Made by a program: the position numbers and the translations under genes. The notes beneath the pieces are model-generated. The model ran no database searches, was not told the DNA's origin, and was given only the letters and a program-made list of their open reading frames with translations. 64,000 nucleotides of DNA. It comes from an uncultured cyanobacterium (GTDB lineage: Bacteria; Cyanobacteriota; Cyanobacteriia; CAKZMO01). The stretch is from NCBI GenBank assembly GCA_963719515.1, contig CAVRCJ010000005.1:160001-224000 (forward strand), in the 5' to 3' direction. Below are positions 50,020 to 60,803 of the stretch, one piece after another (the stretch's first letter is position 1; each line of letters opens with the position of its first letter).

Positions 50020-50943
50020 ATGTCTACAAAGCAGGTCTCTGGCCCGCGAGCGCAGGCTACCGAAACACCTAACCTGTGGCTTGCCGCAATCAAGCCACCG
50101 ATGTATAGCGTGGCCGTCATTCCTATCTGGGTCGGCTCTGCCGTCGCCTGGGGGCAAACAGGGCAGCTCAACTGGGGTACTTTCGATACATTTCTCGCCT
50201 CGGCGATCGCGATTGTGGCCTGGCTCAACCTCAGCAACGACGTTTTTGACGCCGACACCGGAATCGACCGCAACAAGGCCCACTCCCTCGTCAACCTCAC
50301 CCACAGCAGGTCACTCATCTTCTGGATTGCTAACTATTTACTGGGGCTGGGACTATTGGGCATTGCGGCGATCGCCTGGTGGCAGCGGGATATTACCATC
50401 CTTGCCATTGTGGCGGTCTGCTGCGGGTTGGGGTACAGCTACCAGGGTCCGCCGTTCCGACTAGGCTACCAAGGTTGGGGAGAGCCAATTTGCTGGGTAA
50501 CATTTGGTCCACTCGCCGTTTCGGCGGCCTACTACAGCCAAACTCAAACTTGGGGATGGACGCCCTTAGCCGCATCCGCCATCGTCGGTATCAGCACCAG
50601 CTTGATTTTATTTTGCTCGCACTTTCATCAAATCGAAGACGACGCTGCCGCCGGAAAGCGATCGCCCATTGTGAGGCTGGGGACCGCGCGGGGAGCCGCG
50701 TTGGTTCCTTGGTCTAGCGGTAGCATATTTGGCGCTGCCCTAGTCTGCGCTGGGCTAGGGCTATTCCCGCTGCCTACGTTGATTGTGATGGCGAGTGCGC
50801 CAATTGCCTACCAACTCTCTCGCTACATCCAGCGCTATCACAGCTGCCCCGACCGCGTCAGCAACGCTAAGTTCATTGCCGTAGCGCTGCAGTTCTGGAG
50901 TGGATTACTGCTGGGTATCGGCTTTCTGTTGCCGATGGTCTAG
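50020..50943 (+). CDS. menA: 1,4-dihydroxy-2-naphthoate phytyltransferase
   Basis: AAIKPPMY, NDVFDADTGID, YQGPPFRLGY and DDAAAGKRS. Confidence 0.93.
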   Translation: MSTKQVSGPRAQATETPNLWLAAIKPPMYSVAVIPIWVGSAVAWGQTGQLNWGTFDTFLASAIAIVAWLNLSNDVFDADTGIDRNKAHSLVNLTHSRSLIFWIANYLLGLGLLGIAAIAWWQRDITILAIVAVCCGLGYSYQGPPFRLGYQGWGEPICWVTFGPLAVSAAYYSQTQTWGWTPLAASAIVGISTSLILFCSHFHQIEDDAAAGKRSPIVRLGTARGAALVPWSSGSIFGAALVCAGLGLFPLPTLIVMASAPIAYQLSRYIQRYHSCPDRVSNAKFIAVALQFWSGLLLGIGFLLPMV

Positions 50944-51387
50944 ACCTTGACTGCCGCTTCAGCACCGCTTACAAATCTTCGCATCAAAAGTTTTGCATTA
51001 GAGTATTCAGCTGCGGAGGGGTAACAATTCCTGGTAAATTCAGAAGTGCCGCCAGCGCGTCACACTTCTGGGGTCTGTTATGGGGCTTTCACCTATGGGA
51101 CTTTCACCGACGCTTGTGGTTATGACCTGCGTTCTAGCAGCAGGGCCGTGAGGATAGGTTAAATGACAAGAGTTTTTACAGTAATGGCAATCGCCTAGGG
51201 GTCAGCTTACGCATCAACCTAGCTTTGATTTCGCACTACCTGACCCAGCGGTCTACTTCAGTTCATGATTCTTATTGAATTTTTGCCACGAAACGGTTTT
51301 AGAGTCGTGACACGGCTACATTAAGACGTCAGTGGTGGGTCTCGCAGCATATGTTACTGAAGAAATTGTTTTTCTGGCTTACTCACT

Positions 51388-52365
51388 ATGTCTGACCTCC
51401 CCTTCACCCTAGACCAGCTCCGTATTCTTAGAGCCATTGCGGCTGAAGGGAGTTTTAAGCGTGCTGCAGATAGCTTATACGTCTCACAGCCTGCCGTCAG
51501 CCTTCAGGTTCAAAATCTAGAGCGCCAGCTTGACGTCCCTCTGTTCGATCGGGGAGGACGGCGCGCTCAGCTGACGGAAGCGGGGCATCTGTTGCTGAGG
51601 TACGGCGATCGCATTCTGTCGCTCTGCCAGGAAACCTGCCGCGCTATCGAGGATCTGCAAAATCTACAGGGAGGCACGCTGATTATTGGGGCGAGCCAAA
51701 CCACCGGCACTTATCTCCTGCCCCGCATGATCGGTCGCTTTAGGCAGACCTACTCAGACGTCGCGGTACAGCTGCACGTCCACTCCACTCGCCGCACGGC
51801 CTGGAGCGTCGCCAATGGTCAAATTGACTTGGCCATTATAGGTGGGGAAGTGCCGCCAGAGCTGCAGGACCCGCTGGATATCTCTCCCTATGCCGAGGAT
51901 GAGCTAGCGCTCATTCTGCCTGCGTTCCATCCCCTGTCCCGCAGCGCCACAATCCAGAAGGACGACCTCTACAAACTGAAGTTCATTGCCCTCGATTCTC
52001 AGTCAACAATTCGTAAAGTGATTGATAAAGTGCTGAGCCGTAGCGGTATCGAAACGAGACGCCTGAAAATCGAGATGGAGCTCAATTCGATTGAAGCCAT
52101 CAAAAACGCTGTACAGTCAGGCTTAGGGGCGTCGTTCGTGTCAATCTCAGCAATTGAAAAGGAGCTACAGATGGGCGTACTGCACCGCGCCAAGATCGAG
52201 GGTCTAGTGGTTACTCGCGTTCTCTCAGTGATTATCAACCCAAACCGCTACCTTTCTAAAGCCGCCGAAGCCTTTGTCAAAGAGATTTTGCCGCAGTTCT
52301 CCAAGCCAACGACCGGCGATGCCGCTAGGCAGCCCGTTGCCGGAACTGCCGAAACGCTTTCGTAG
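51388..52365 (+). CDS. rbcR: LysR-type regulator, Ycf30/RbcR-like
   Basis: [32 protein letters not shown] and [16 protein letters not shown]. Confidence 0.85.
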   Translation: MSDLPFTLDQLRILRAIAAEGSFKRAADSLYVSQPAVSLQVQNLERQLDVPLFDRGGRRAQLTEAGHLLLRYGDRILSLCQETCRAIEDLQNLQGGTLIIGASQTTGTYLLPRMIGRFRQTYSDVAVQLHVHSTRRTAWSVANGQIDLAIIGGEVPPELQDPLDISPYAEDELALILPAFHPLSRSATIQKDDLYKLKFIALDSQSTIRKVIDKVLSRSGIETRRLKIEMELNSIEAIKNAVQSGLGASFVSISAIEKELQMGVLHRAKIEGLVVTRVLSVIINPNRYLSKAAEAFVKEILPQFSKPTTGDAARQPVAGTAETLS

Positions 52366-52403
52366 CAGGCGGCCTGTGGCTGCGGCTCTTGTGCGATTTG
52401 GTG

Positions 52404-53102
52404 TTAGCCTTGGGCCTGGGTCTTGGTGCCGCGCGCAGGAAGACACAGCAGATTGTCCCCGTAGGTACTTACCAAGCCACGCTGACGGAGCTTGCCCATC
52501 AGGCGAGTTACCGTGACGCGCGTTGAGCCAATAGCGCTGCCGATTTGAGCATGGGTCAACGTCCAGGGAAGACAGTATCCGTCCTCACAGGGTTCACCAA
52601 ATTCTTCAATAAGCAGTGTTAGAAACCCCAAGAGGCGATCGATTGTGCGCCGCTGACCTAGCGTGCTCAGCCAAAGGAGCTTGCGCTGATGCTGATAGCG
52701 AAAGGCATCCAGTACTTCACGACGGAAGTGGGGCCAGTTGTCCAGATCGTGCCAGTACATCCAGATCACCGAAGTTTGATCGACATGGGCAAAGCTTTGG
52801 AGCGTGAAAGGAGATTGGGCAACGATCTCAAACGGCTGACCTGCACCTACAAATCCGAGAAAGGCTTCTTCTGCATTCATCTGGGCTAGCTGTGAGGTTT
52901 CTTCCTCACCGTCAGAGGGGTAGGCATCGCCCACAAGCCGAATGGCACCGCGCTGCACAAGGTACAGCAATCCGGGCCGAGAGGGCACTCGCTCGTCTTT
53001 GCTAAAGGTGCGACAGCGGTAGTGCTCCTGGGCCCAGTCAATAATGCGCTGCCAGGTAAGAAACGGTCGAGGTGAGTTAGAAACTGAGGATGCTGAATAC
53101 AT
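52404..53102 (-). CDS. devH: CRP/FNR family regulator, DevH-like
   Basis: RPFLTWQRIIDWAQEHYRCRTF N-terminus; HTH LTHAQIGSAIGSTRVTVTRL. Confidence 0.75.
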   Translation of the reverse strand: MYSASSVSNSPRPFLTWQRIIDWAQEHYRCRTFSKDERVPSRPGLLYLVQRGAIRLVGDAYPSDGEEETSQLAQMNAEEAFLGFVGAGQPFEIVAQSPFTLQSFAHVDQTSVIWMYWHDLDNWPHFRREVLDAFRYQHQRKLLWLSTLGQRRTIDRLLGFLTLLIEEFGEPCEDGYCLPWTLTHAQIGSAIGSTRVTVTRLMGKLRQRGLVSTYGDNLLCLPARGTKTQAQG

Positions 53103-53626
53103 AGAAGGCAGGTTCCGGTATCGAAGAGGGTTGCAGTGGGTTCAAACAGCAATCTGACAGACGATTCGTAGAGCCGTTAAGCTGGCGGCGGTGATTTTCA
53201 ATGAGGCCAAATCGAGGGGCTAAGTCGGTATTATCCAATATGACCTTATGTACAGGAAGAACCCCCCAGAATCAGGACAACAACATACACTTTTGTGAAA
53301 ATACGGAGCGTAGCGGTCGCATACCGAGTTCAATGGCATCGTGTCCCTCTAAAGAGTAATCCCTAGATGGCTCCTGCCGTGCCGTTAATTTGTTACGCTC
53401 GCTAGGTCAGGACGTATCACACCACAACAATACAGATAATACCGACCACCTGACACAATCTAGGGTTCTTTTGAGCAAAGATATTTGTAGCCTACGTTGC
53501 TGCGGCAGAACAACGATGCGCTGCTTGCTTAACGCCTACTATCGCTGTCTTGCGTTCCCTATGATTCTATCCTATGGGCTCTGCGCGCTTTGAGAAAAAG
53601 TATGGGGTTAGAAGGTTGAGTCTACC

Positions 53627-54664
53627 GTGAAAGGTCAAAATGAACACAGGACTGAGTCAGGAGATACCGACAATTTTCAGGGTTTGATGCAGCAGTTGGT
53701 CAGCAAAAGGGACGCCAGACCATTTCAACACCTGTCGCTGGGAATAGCGCTAGAGCGCCGGCTGCTGGCGGCGGCAGCAAACCGTAGCGGCAGTGTCTCA
53801 TACGACACATTACATCTCGGTCATGGGCAAGCTTCTACATTCACTGGGCTCGACTTGAAACAAGGCTACCCCTTGAGCTATCGCTCGTCAGCTGCGATGA
53901 GACTAGCGCACTCCTTCAACCAGACGCCTCGGCAGTTAGCCCAGGCGATCGCGGCGATCGCCTCGGGCATCGGGTCCGGGCTGTACGGCGACGGGGCAGC
54001 GCCACATCTCTTCATCACGCCAGCTGGCAACTGGGTTGAGGTACAGGTGGCCGCGGCAGGGGTGGCACAGTGGCTACAGTATCTTCTGACTGCCCCTATT
54101 GACAGCCTGTCTACTGACCTCGAGAACGCCCCAGTGCTTGCCCCCCCCCGCGGGGAGCCTCCCGAACCCGCCCTGTGGCCGGCAAAGCTCGACTTCCGCG
54201 CCCTTCACGCTCACGCGCGCTGCTGCTCTATTTTGCAGCTTGCCCAAGAGATGGGAACCGCCCCAGCGCCGTCCGCCGTGCCCTGGCTAGCCGGAAACCT
54301 GCTCCGCGCCACCGGCTGCCCTCAACAGGCGCTGCTACAGCGTCTCATCCAGACTTTAGACTACGCCGCTCAGCACACAGCCCGAACGGATGGGCCTAGT
54401 CATATCGCTCTGCAGCGGATCTATGTCAAAGGGGCAAATCTAATAGGCCAAGCCTTCGAGGACTTTCACAGAGGGTGTCGCCCCCTGTCAACCCACTCAG
54501 TTTTTGGCAAGGCCCAGAGCAATAGCAGCGTGCGCCAAAGCGAGAAGAGCTTCCTTGAGCCAGCGCTCAACGCGCAGGTTGACCTAGGGTTAATTGGGGT
54601 GACCCAGCAAATCTTGGCGCTGTTCCTGAAGGCGCTAGGCCTAACGCCGCCGGTTGGACTGTAG
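53627..54664 (+). CDS. Stand-alone DALR anticodon-binding-domain-like protein
   Basis: YRSSAAMRLA, HAHARCCSIL, FEDFHRGC and LGLIGVTQQIL resemble ArgRS N-/C-terminal domains without a catalytic core. Confidence 0.6.
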   Translation: MKGQNEHRTESGDTDNFQGLMQQLVSKRDARPFQHLSLGIALERRLLAAAANRSGSVSYDTLHLGHGQASTFTGLDLKQGYPLSYRSSAAMRLAHSFNQTPRQLAQAIAAIASGIGSGLYGDGAAPHLFITPAGNWVEVQVAAAGVAQWLQYLLTAPIDSLSTDLENAPVLAPPRGEPPEPALWPAKLDFRALHAHARCCSILQLAQEMGTAPAPSAVPWLAGNLLRATGCPQQALLQRLIQTLDYAAQHTARTDGPSHIALQRIYVKGANLIGQAFEDFHRGCRPLSTHSVFGKAQSNSSVRQSEKSFLEPALNAQVDLGLIGVTQQILALFLKALGLTPPVGL

Positions 54665-54869
54665 CCGTCAATTGCGCTCTGGCCAGACGTCACACCAACC
54701 ATTACAAAACATTACATAAGTACCCTGCCAAGAACAGTTCGGCAAGCCTGCGCTCAAACAGGCCTAAGCTAAAGCTACAGCAGAAGACAAAACCGTCGGG
54801 CAACGAAACCATCAGAAATAGTTATCGGGAAACGCACTGACAACGGCTGAGCACCGTGCTATTCTTGCT

Positions 54870-54936
54870 ATTGTGTGAGGAGCGAACCAGCAAGGGTACC
54901 GAGACGAAACACGGACAGTCGTCGGTACCCTTTCTG
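54870..54936 (+). ncRNA. yfr2: Yfr2-family cyanobacterial sRNA
   Basis: 5' GTGTGAGGAG motif; stem AAGGGTACCGA/TCGGTACCCTT with loop GAAACACGGACA; promoter CTGACA-17-TATTCT (54837-54865). Confidence 0.65.
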
Positions 54937-55198
54937 CATTTAAACCCAAGCGCTTCGCACCCGACGCTTCGTACGTCTGAGCGCTTCAGTCACCTCAAAA
55001 GCTTTCACCTCAACCCTTGTTCTGTTCTAGCGCTCTTTGCGCTGCGGGCTTCTGTAGTCTTAGGCAAGGCGACCTAGCCGATCGCGTGCTGCAGACGGAA
55101 CGTCTGCGGAATATAGTCTTTTCAAGCGACCAGCCTAAGCTACCTTAGTGTTACTGCTGATCGCTAACACGCGTTACTGGTTGCCAACAAGGACGACT

Positions 55199-58111
55199 AT
55201 GGATACCGCCTCTTCTGCCTCTGCGCCCCTGCTCATCCTTGTAGACGGGCACTCTCTCGCTTTTCGCTCCTACTTTGCCCACAGCCGGGGGGCCGACGGG
55301 GGGCTGCGAACCTCTACCGGCATCCCCACCAGCGTGTCCTACGGATTTTTGCGGGCCCTGTTTGACATGCTGCAGGCAGAGACGCCTAGCCACGTGGCGG
55401 TGGCTTTCGATCTAGGAGGCCCGACCTTCCGCCACGAGGCAGATGACACCTATAAGGCAGGTCGCCCCGATGCCCCGGAAGATTTCTTGCCTGACCTGGA
55501 GAACCTGCAGGCGGTGCTCGCCGAGCTCAATATTTCCATGCTAGCGCTGGCGGGCTACGAGGCCGATGACATTATCGGGACTCTAGTGCGGTTAGGCAGA
55601 CAGGAAGGCTATCACATCAAGATTCTCAGCGGCGATCGCGATCTGTTTCAGCTCGTAGATGATGATAAGGGGGTCAGCGTTCTCTATTTAAGTAGCACCT
55701 TTGGTCCCAGAGCCTCAGCAGGGGCAATGGAAATTGGAGAGACCCAGGTGAGGGAAAAGCTGGGGGTGACGGCGGCTCAGGTGGTCGATTACAAAGCCCT
55801 GTGCGGTGACCCTTCTGACAATATTCCTGGCGTTAAAGGAATAGGGGCTAAGACCGCCGTCAAGCTGCTCGACGAGTTTGGCAGCCTAGAAAATATCTAC
55901 GCGTCGCTGGAGAAGATCAAAGGGGCTACCCGCAAAAAGCTGGAGGCGGGTCAGGAGGCCGCGCGCCATTCCCAGTATTTGGCTCAGATTCACCTCAATG
56001 TTCCCCTTGAAGCTGAGGTCAGCCACTGCAAGCTGGAAGGCTTCAAGACCGATCGTCTAGCGCCACTGCTCGAAAAGCTAGAGCTGCGCCAGTTTCTTAA
56101 GGCGCTGCCGCGTCTACAGCAAATTTTTACGGGGCAGGCTGTGGGCAAAAGTGAGCCCCCTCCGGTCGGGGAAGCCCTGCTCGCTAGACCCGATGACGAC
56201 GATACCTGGTTTTTTAGCGCCTCAGACACCGAGGCGAGCGAAGCGGTAACGGAAGCGGCGATCGCCCCCCAGATCATCGATACCCCCGAGAAGCTCACCG
56301 CCCTGATTGCTACTCTCAAAACCCACACCGACCCGGCCCAGCCCGTCTCCTGGGACACGGAGACTACGGCTCTAGAGCCCCGCGACGCTGAATTGGTGGG
56401 GCTGGGCTGCTGCTGGGGCGCTGAACCAGACGCTTTAGCCTACATTCCTCTAAAGCACCAGCAGGGGCGCTGCTTGCCGGTGGCCGAGGTGCTAGACGCC
56501 CTGCGGCCCGTGCTAGAGAGCGCTGACTACCCCAAGGCGCTGCAGAATGCAAAATTCGATCGCCTGGTGCTGAGGGTTCAGGGGGTAGCGCTGGCGGGGG
56601 TTGTGTTTGACAGCATGCTGGCAAGCTACGTGCTTAACCCTGAGGGCAGCCACAACCTGACAGACCTCGCTTTGCGCTATCTCAACGTCGGCATTCAAAG
56701 CTATAGCGACATCGTTTCTAAAGGGCAGACCATCGACCAGCTGAGCATCAAAGCAGTGGCCCAGTACTGCGGCGAAGATGTCCACACAACGTTTTTGCTG
56801 GTGGAGCCACTGCGACAGGAGCTGGCAGAAATTCCTGAGCTTGAGCGGCTTTTCGAAACGGTTGAGCTGCCCCTAGAGCCAGTGCTTGCCGAAATGGAGT
56901 ACTGCGGCATTCGTATCGATACTGACTACCTCAACGGACTCTCTGTCACTCTAGAAAAAGATCTCAGGGCTTTAGAGCAGCAGGCCTATCAAGATGCAGG
57001 CACCGAGTTTAATCTGGGTTCTCCAAAGCAGCTAAGCGAGCTGCTGTTCGATACTCTGAATCTCGACCGACGTAAATCCCGAAAAACCAAAACAGGTTAT
57101 TCTACCGATGCTGCGACCTTGGAAAAGCTGCGGGGCGACCACCCGGTTATTGATGCGGTGGTGGAATACCGCACCCTTTCCAAGCTCAAATCTACCTACG
57201 CTGATGCCCTGCCGGACCTTGTTCGGGCCGATACGGGGCGCATTCATACTGACTTCAACCAGGCCATCACGGCCACGGGGCGGCTATCATCCTCTAGCCC
57301 CAACCTGCAGAATATTCCCATCCGCACCGAGTTTAGCCGCAAGATTCGGGCGGCTTTCGTTCCTCAACCTGGATGGCAGCTGGTTGCTGCCGACTATTCC
57401 CAAATTGAGCTGCGCATTCTGGCCCACCTCAGCCAAGAGCCGGTGCTTATCGACGCGTATCAAACCGGTGAAGATGTCCACGGCTTGACCGCACGGCTGC
57501 TGCTTGACCGCGACGAGGTGAGCGCCGACGAGCGCCGACTTGGAAAGATCATTAACTTTGGGGTTATCTACGGCATGGGAGCAGTACGCTTTGCTCGTGA
57601 GGCAGGGGTAGGCCGCGATGAAGCGCGCCTATTCATTCAGCGATTTAACGATCGCTACCCTAAGGTATTCGCCTACCTACAGCGTATGCAGCAAGAGGCC
57701 ATAACCCAAGGCTATGTCACAACCTTGTGGGGCCGCCGTCGCTACTTCACCTTCACGAGCAGCAAGCTCAAGCAGCTCCGAGGCGCTGACCCGAGCACAG
57801 TAGATCTCAGTAAGCTCAAGTCTCCAGGCGTTTACGACGCCGGGCAGCTGAGAGCAGCGGCCAATGCCCCCATACAGGGCTCCAGCGCTGACATTATTAA
57901 AGTCGCTATGGTCCAGCTCCATCAGCTACTCAAAGGCTACCAAACCCAGCTGCTGCTGCAGGTTCACGATGAACTCGTATTCGAGGTGCCGCCGGACGAA
58001 TACGACGTACTTAAACCCAAAATTCAAACCATCATGGAGTCTGCGATCGCCCTTGCAGTGCCCCTAGCCGTCGAGATGAATACTGGGTCCAATTGGATGC
58101 TGGCAAAATAG
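55199..58111 (+). CDS. polA: DNA polymerase I
   Basis: 5'-3' exonuclease (DGHSLAFR, GDPSDNIPGV), 3'-5' exonuclease (DTET) and polymerase motifs DYSQIELR and QVHDEL. Confidence 0.98.
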   Translation: MDTASSASAPLLILVDGHSLAFRSYFAHSRGADGGLRTSTGIPTSVSYGFLRALFDMLQAETPSHVAVAFDLGGPTFRHEADDTYKAGRPDAPEDFLPDLENLQAVLAELNISMLALAGYEADDIIGTLVRLGRQEGYHIKILSGDRDLFQLVDDDKGVSVLYLSSTFGPRASAGAMEIGETQVREKLGVTAAQVVDYKALCGDPSDNIPGVKGIGAKTAVKLLDEFGSLENIYASLEKIKGATRKKLEAGQEAARHSQYLAQIHLNVPLEAEVSHCKLEGFKTDRLAPLLEKLELRQFLKALPRLQQIFTGQAVGKSEPPPVGEALLARPDDDDTWFFSASDTEASEAVTEAAIAPQIIDTPEKLTALIATLKTHTDPAQPVSWDTETTALEPRDAELVGLGCCWGAEPDALAYIPLKHQQGRCLPVAEVLDALRPVLESADYPKALQNAKFDRLVLRVQGVALAGVVFDSMLASYVLNPEGSHNLTDLALRYLNVGIQSYSDIVSKGQTIDQLSIKAVAQYCGEDVHTTFLLVEPLRQELAEIPELERLFETVELPLEPVLAEMEYCGIRIDTDYLNGLSVTLEKDLRALEQQAYQDAGTEFNLGSPKQLSELLFDTLNLDRRKSRKTKTGYSTDAATLEKLRGDHPVIDAVVEYRTLSKLKSTYADALPDLVRADTGRIHTDFNQAITATGRLSSSSPNLQNIPIRTEFSRKIRAAFVPQPGWQLVAADYSQIELRILAHLSQEPVLIDAYQTGEDVHGLTARLLLDRDEVSADERRLGKIINFGVIYGMGAVRFAREAGVGRDEARLFIQRFNDRYPKVFAYLQRMQQEAITQGYVTTLWGRRRYFTFTSSKLKQLRGADPSTVDLSKLKSPGVYDAGQLRAAANAPIQGSSADIIKVAMVQLHQLLKGYQTQLLLQVHDELVFEVPPDEYDVLKPKIQTIMESAIALAVPLAVEMNTGSNWMLAK

Positions 58112-58517
58112 CCTAAAGCTAATAGCAATACTGCGCAATACTGCGTAGATTTTGAAGTTTTATGATACCGTATTCGGAGCAGGGACATTTTCTGGGCAGT
58201 TACATAGCGGTAGGTTGTCAACCTACACAGCGGTAGATTAATAGACAACAGTTTCAGCTAAAACTACCGCAATAGACCGTTTTAAGTAGGTCGGTGCAAT
58301 TTAGCTCGCGTAAATCAAGTTTTGTAAAGATGGCTCCAAACTCTGTCGTATCGCCAATTTGAGCAAAGTTAATATTTCGTAACCTAGCTGCATCTTCCTA
58401 TGCCTACCTCTTAGACTTTACATTTTAGATAGAAAACTGCTTCAAGATAATCCTTGTTTGAAGCAAAATTCCAAAAGCATCTTAGCGGTGAGGCCACATC
58501 GGAATTAATCGGCTGAT

Positions 58518-60803
58518 GTGGAGCGTCTACCGCTCGTCACGTTCGCGTCAGGGTTGAAATTTGTGCGTCTACTTACTCACTCCACTCAGGATCATTCGTG
58601 TAAGTCTGTTGGCTTCTGTCGAGTTAGCCAGGCGGGTCAGCTTTTAGAAGCTAGCCCGCAGTTTTGTCGGCTCTTAGGCTACTCGCAATCAGAGCTGCTG
58701 CAGCTCCCCTATTTGGAGCTTTTCTTTCCCTCTGCAGCCGATATCTTGCTCTCAGTAGATAGCAATTCTCCCCATTTGCAAGATATTTTCTTGATCGCCA
58801 AAGGTGGAAAAGTGATCCAGACCTGCGCCACTTGCCTCCTTGAAAGAGCCACCCCAAATGCTGAACCTCATCACCTATTCCTAATCGAAGACGTCGCTGC
58901 TCGGTGCCTTGAGCGTAATCGGGATAAGGACTACAGTCAGATAAACCTGAGTCAGGCCATCTACGCCGTTCACAGCGGTTCTAGCATTGAAGAAATCCTC
59001 CAGGCTACAGAGGACTGGTGTCGAGCGTTGCTGTCCAGCTTTATTGGAATCAGAACCGATGGGTTTCGGCAGGGCGGACAGTGGAGAGTCTTCTCCGGTT
59101 CGAAGCGGGCGATCGTAGAGCATATAGCAGAGCTAGACTCGGTTCACGTTGCGACCTATCTGCATCAGGGCAAGTGCGTCAAACTGCAGACCAGTCCGCT
59201 GTCTGCGCCGCTGATGTCTGAGTGTCTCTATTGGGGCGCGGAAGCAGCGAGGGGAAAAGAGGACGTCGTACTGCTGCCCTCTCAAACTTGCCCAGGGGAT
59301 AGAGTCTGTTTGAGCCCCGACATTCTCTTTATTCCCATTCATGCCCAAGGAGTACTCTGGGGGGCCATCGCGCTCTCCCTCTCGGCGGCGGACCAGTTTT
59401 TTCCTTTTAACGCCGCTCCGATGCCAGAGGTTGAGCGAGCTATTGACCTTGCAGGTCACGCTGCGCTTGCCATCACGAAGATAGCGGGCTGCGAGAATAT
59501 GCAGCAGCGTAACCGCGAGCTAACGCAGTGGGTTCGCGCTCAAACCCAGCATCTACAGCAGGCACTCAATTTTGAGGCTGCCATAAAGCGAATTACCGAG
59601 AAAATCCGGGACAGCTTAGACGAGCACTACATCTTCGAGACCGTCATTCGCGAACTCTGTGAAACTCTGGTGCTCGATCGCTGTACCGTGAGTTTCTACA
59701 ACCTTGAACAGCAAACGGTCGAAATTCGCTATGAGCATGTCACCACCGACGACTGCTATGACCTAGAGGGACACATCAGTCCGATGGCAGCAAATGCCGC
59801 AGTCTACGCCGTTCTTCGTGAGGGGAACTGCATTCAGTTTTCGCCTCGAACCGCATGTGGCGATCGCCTCTCGGCTGCTCAAAACACAACCCTTGCTTAC
59901 CCCCTCACAGACGGACAGCAGGTCATTGGTGATCTCTGGCTCTCTCGTCCCAAATACTCAGCTTTCAACGAACAAGAACAGCGATTGATTCAGCAGGTGA
60001 CCAGTCAATGTGCTATTGGTCTGCGGCAAGCCCGACTTTATCAGACGTCGCAAGCGCAGGTCGAATCTCTGGAGATCCTAGGGACCCTAAAAGATGACTT
60101 TTTGAGCACGGTGTCCCACGAGCTGAGAACGCCGATCACCAACATCAAGATGACGGTCAAGATGTTGGAGCTGTCCCTCGGTCTGCATCCTGTCAACCAG
60201 GCGCGGATTGACCAGTATCTCAGAATCCTCCGCACCGAAACCCAGCGAGAACTCACCTTAATCAATGACCTACTCGATCTTCAGCGTCTAGATTCGGGGG
60301 GACAAGTCCTGGAGTCAAGCCCAATAGAGCTGGCCCCCTGGGTTTCTCAAATTGTCGATAGCTTTAGAGAGCGAGCAAAGGACAACCAGCAGCAGCTTCA
60401 TCTCACAGTAGTCACAGAAACGCCGTTTGTAGTCTCCGACGAAGACTGCCTCAAGCGAATTATTGCCGAGCTACTCAACAATGCTTGTAAATATACGCCA
60501 CCTCAAGAGTCTATTAGTGTTGATGTTCACCTATGCTCCAAAGGTCTTCAGCTCAGCGTGAGCAACTCAGGGGTTGTGATTCCAACCATTGAGCACAAAC
60601 ACGTGTTTGAAAAGTTCTATCGCATTCGGAGTAGCGACTCGCGCAAAAAAGGGGGAACGGGTTTGGGCCTTGCCCTAATTAAGCAGCTCGCCCAGCATCT
60701 CAGCGGCGACATCTCCCTCGTCAGCAGCGACAACCTAACGAGCTTCACCCTCAAGCTTCCAGTGCTGCCGCAACCTGCCGCATCAGCCACTGATTCAGAA
60801 TAG
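58518..60803 (+). CDS. PAS/GAF sensor histidine kinase
   Basis: PAS-like N-terminus, two GAF-like regions, SHELRTP, NNACKY and GGTGLGL; start uncertain. Confidence 0.85.
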   Translation: MERLPLVTFASGLKFVRLLTHSTQDHSCKSVGFCRVSQAGQLLEASPQFCRLLGYSQSELLQLPYLELFFPSAADILLSVDSNSPHLQDIFLIAKGGKVIQTCATCLLERATPNAEPHHLFLIEDVAARCLERNRDKDYSQINLSQAIYAVHSGSSIEEILQATEDWCRALLSSFIGIRTDGFRQGGQWRVFSGSKRAIVEHIAELDSVHVATYLHQGKCVKLQTSPLSAPLMSECLYWGAEAARGKEDVVLLPSQTCPGDRVCLSPDILFIPIHAQGVLWGAIALSLSAADQFFPFNAAPMPEVERAIDLAGHAALAITKIAGCENMQQRNRELTQWVRAQTQHLQQALNFEAAIKRITEKIRDSLDEHYIFETVIRELCETLVLDRCTVSFYNLEQQTVEIRYEHVTTDDCYDLEGHISPMAANAAVYAVLREGNCIQFSPRTACGDRLSAAQNTTLAYPLTDGQQVIGDLWLSRPKYSAFNEQEQRLIQQVTSQCAIGLRQARLYQTSQAQVESLEILGTLKDDFLSTVSHELRTPITNIKMTVKMLELSLGLHPVNQARIDQYLRILRTETQRELTLINDLLDLQRLDSGGQVLESSPIELAPWVSQIVDSFRERAKDNQQQLHLTVVTETPFVVSDEDCLKRIIAELLNNACKYTPPQESISVDVHLCSKGLQLSVSNSGVVIPTIEHKHVFEKFYRIRSSDSRKKGGTGLGLALIKQLAQHLSGDISLVSSDNLTSFTLKLPVLPQPAASATDSE

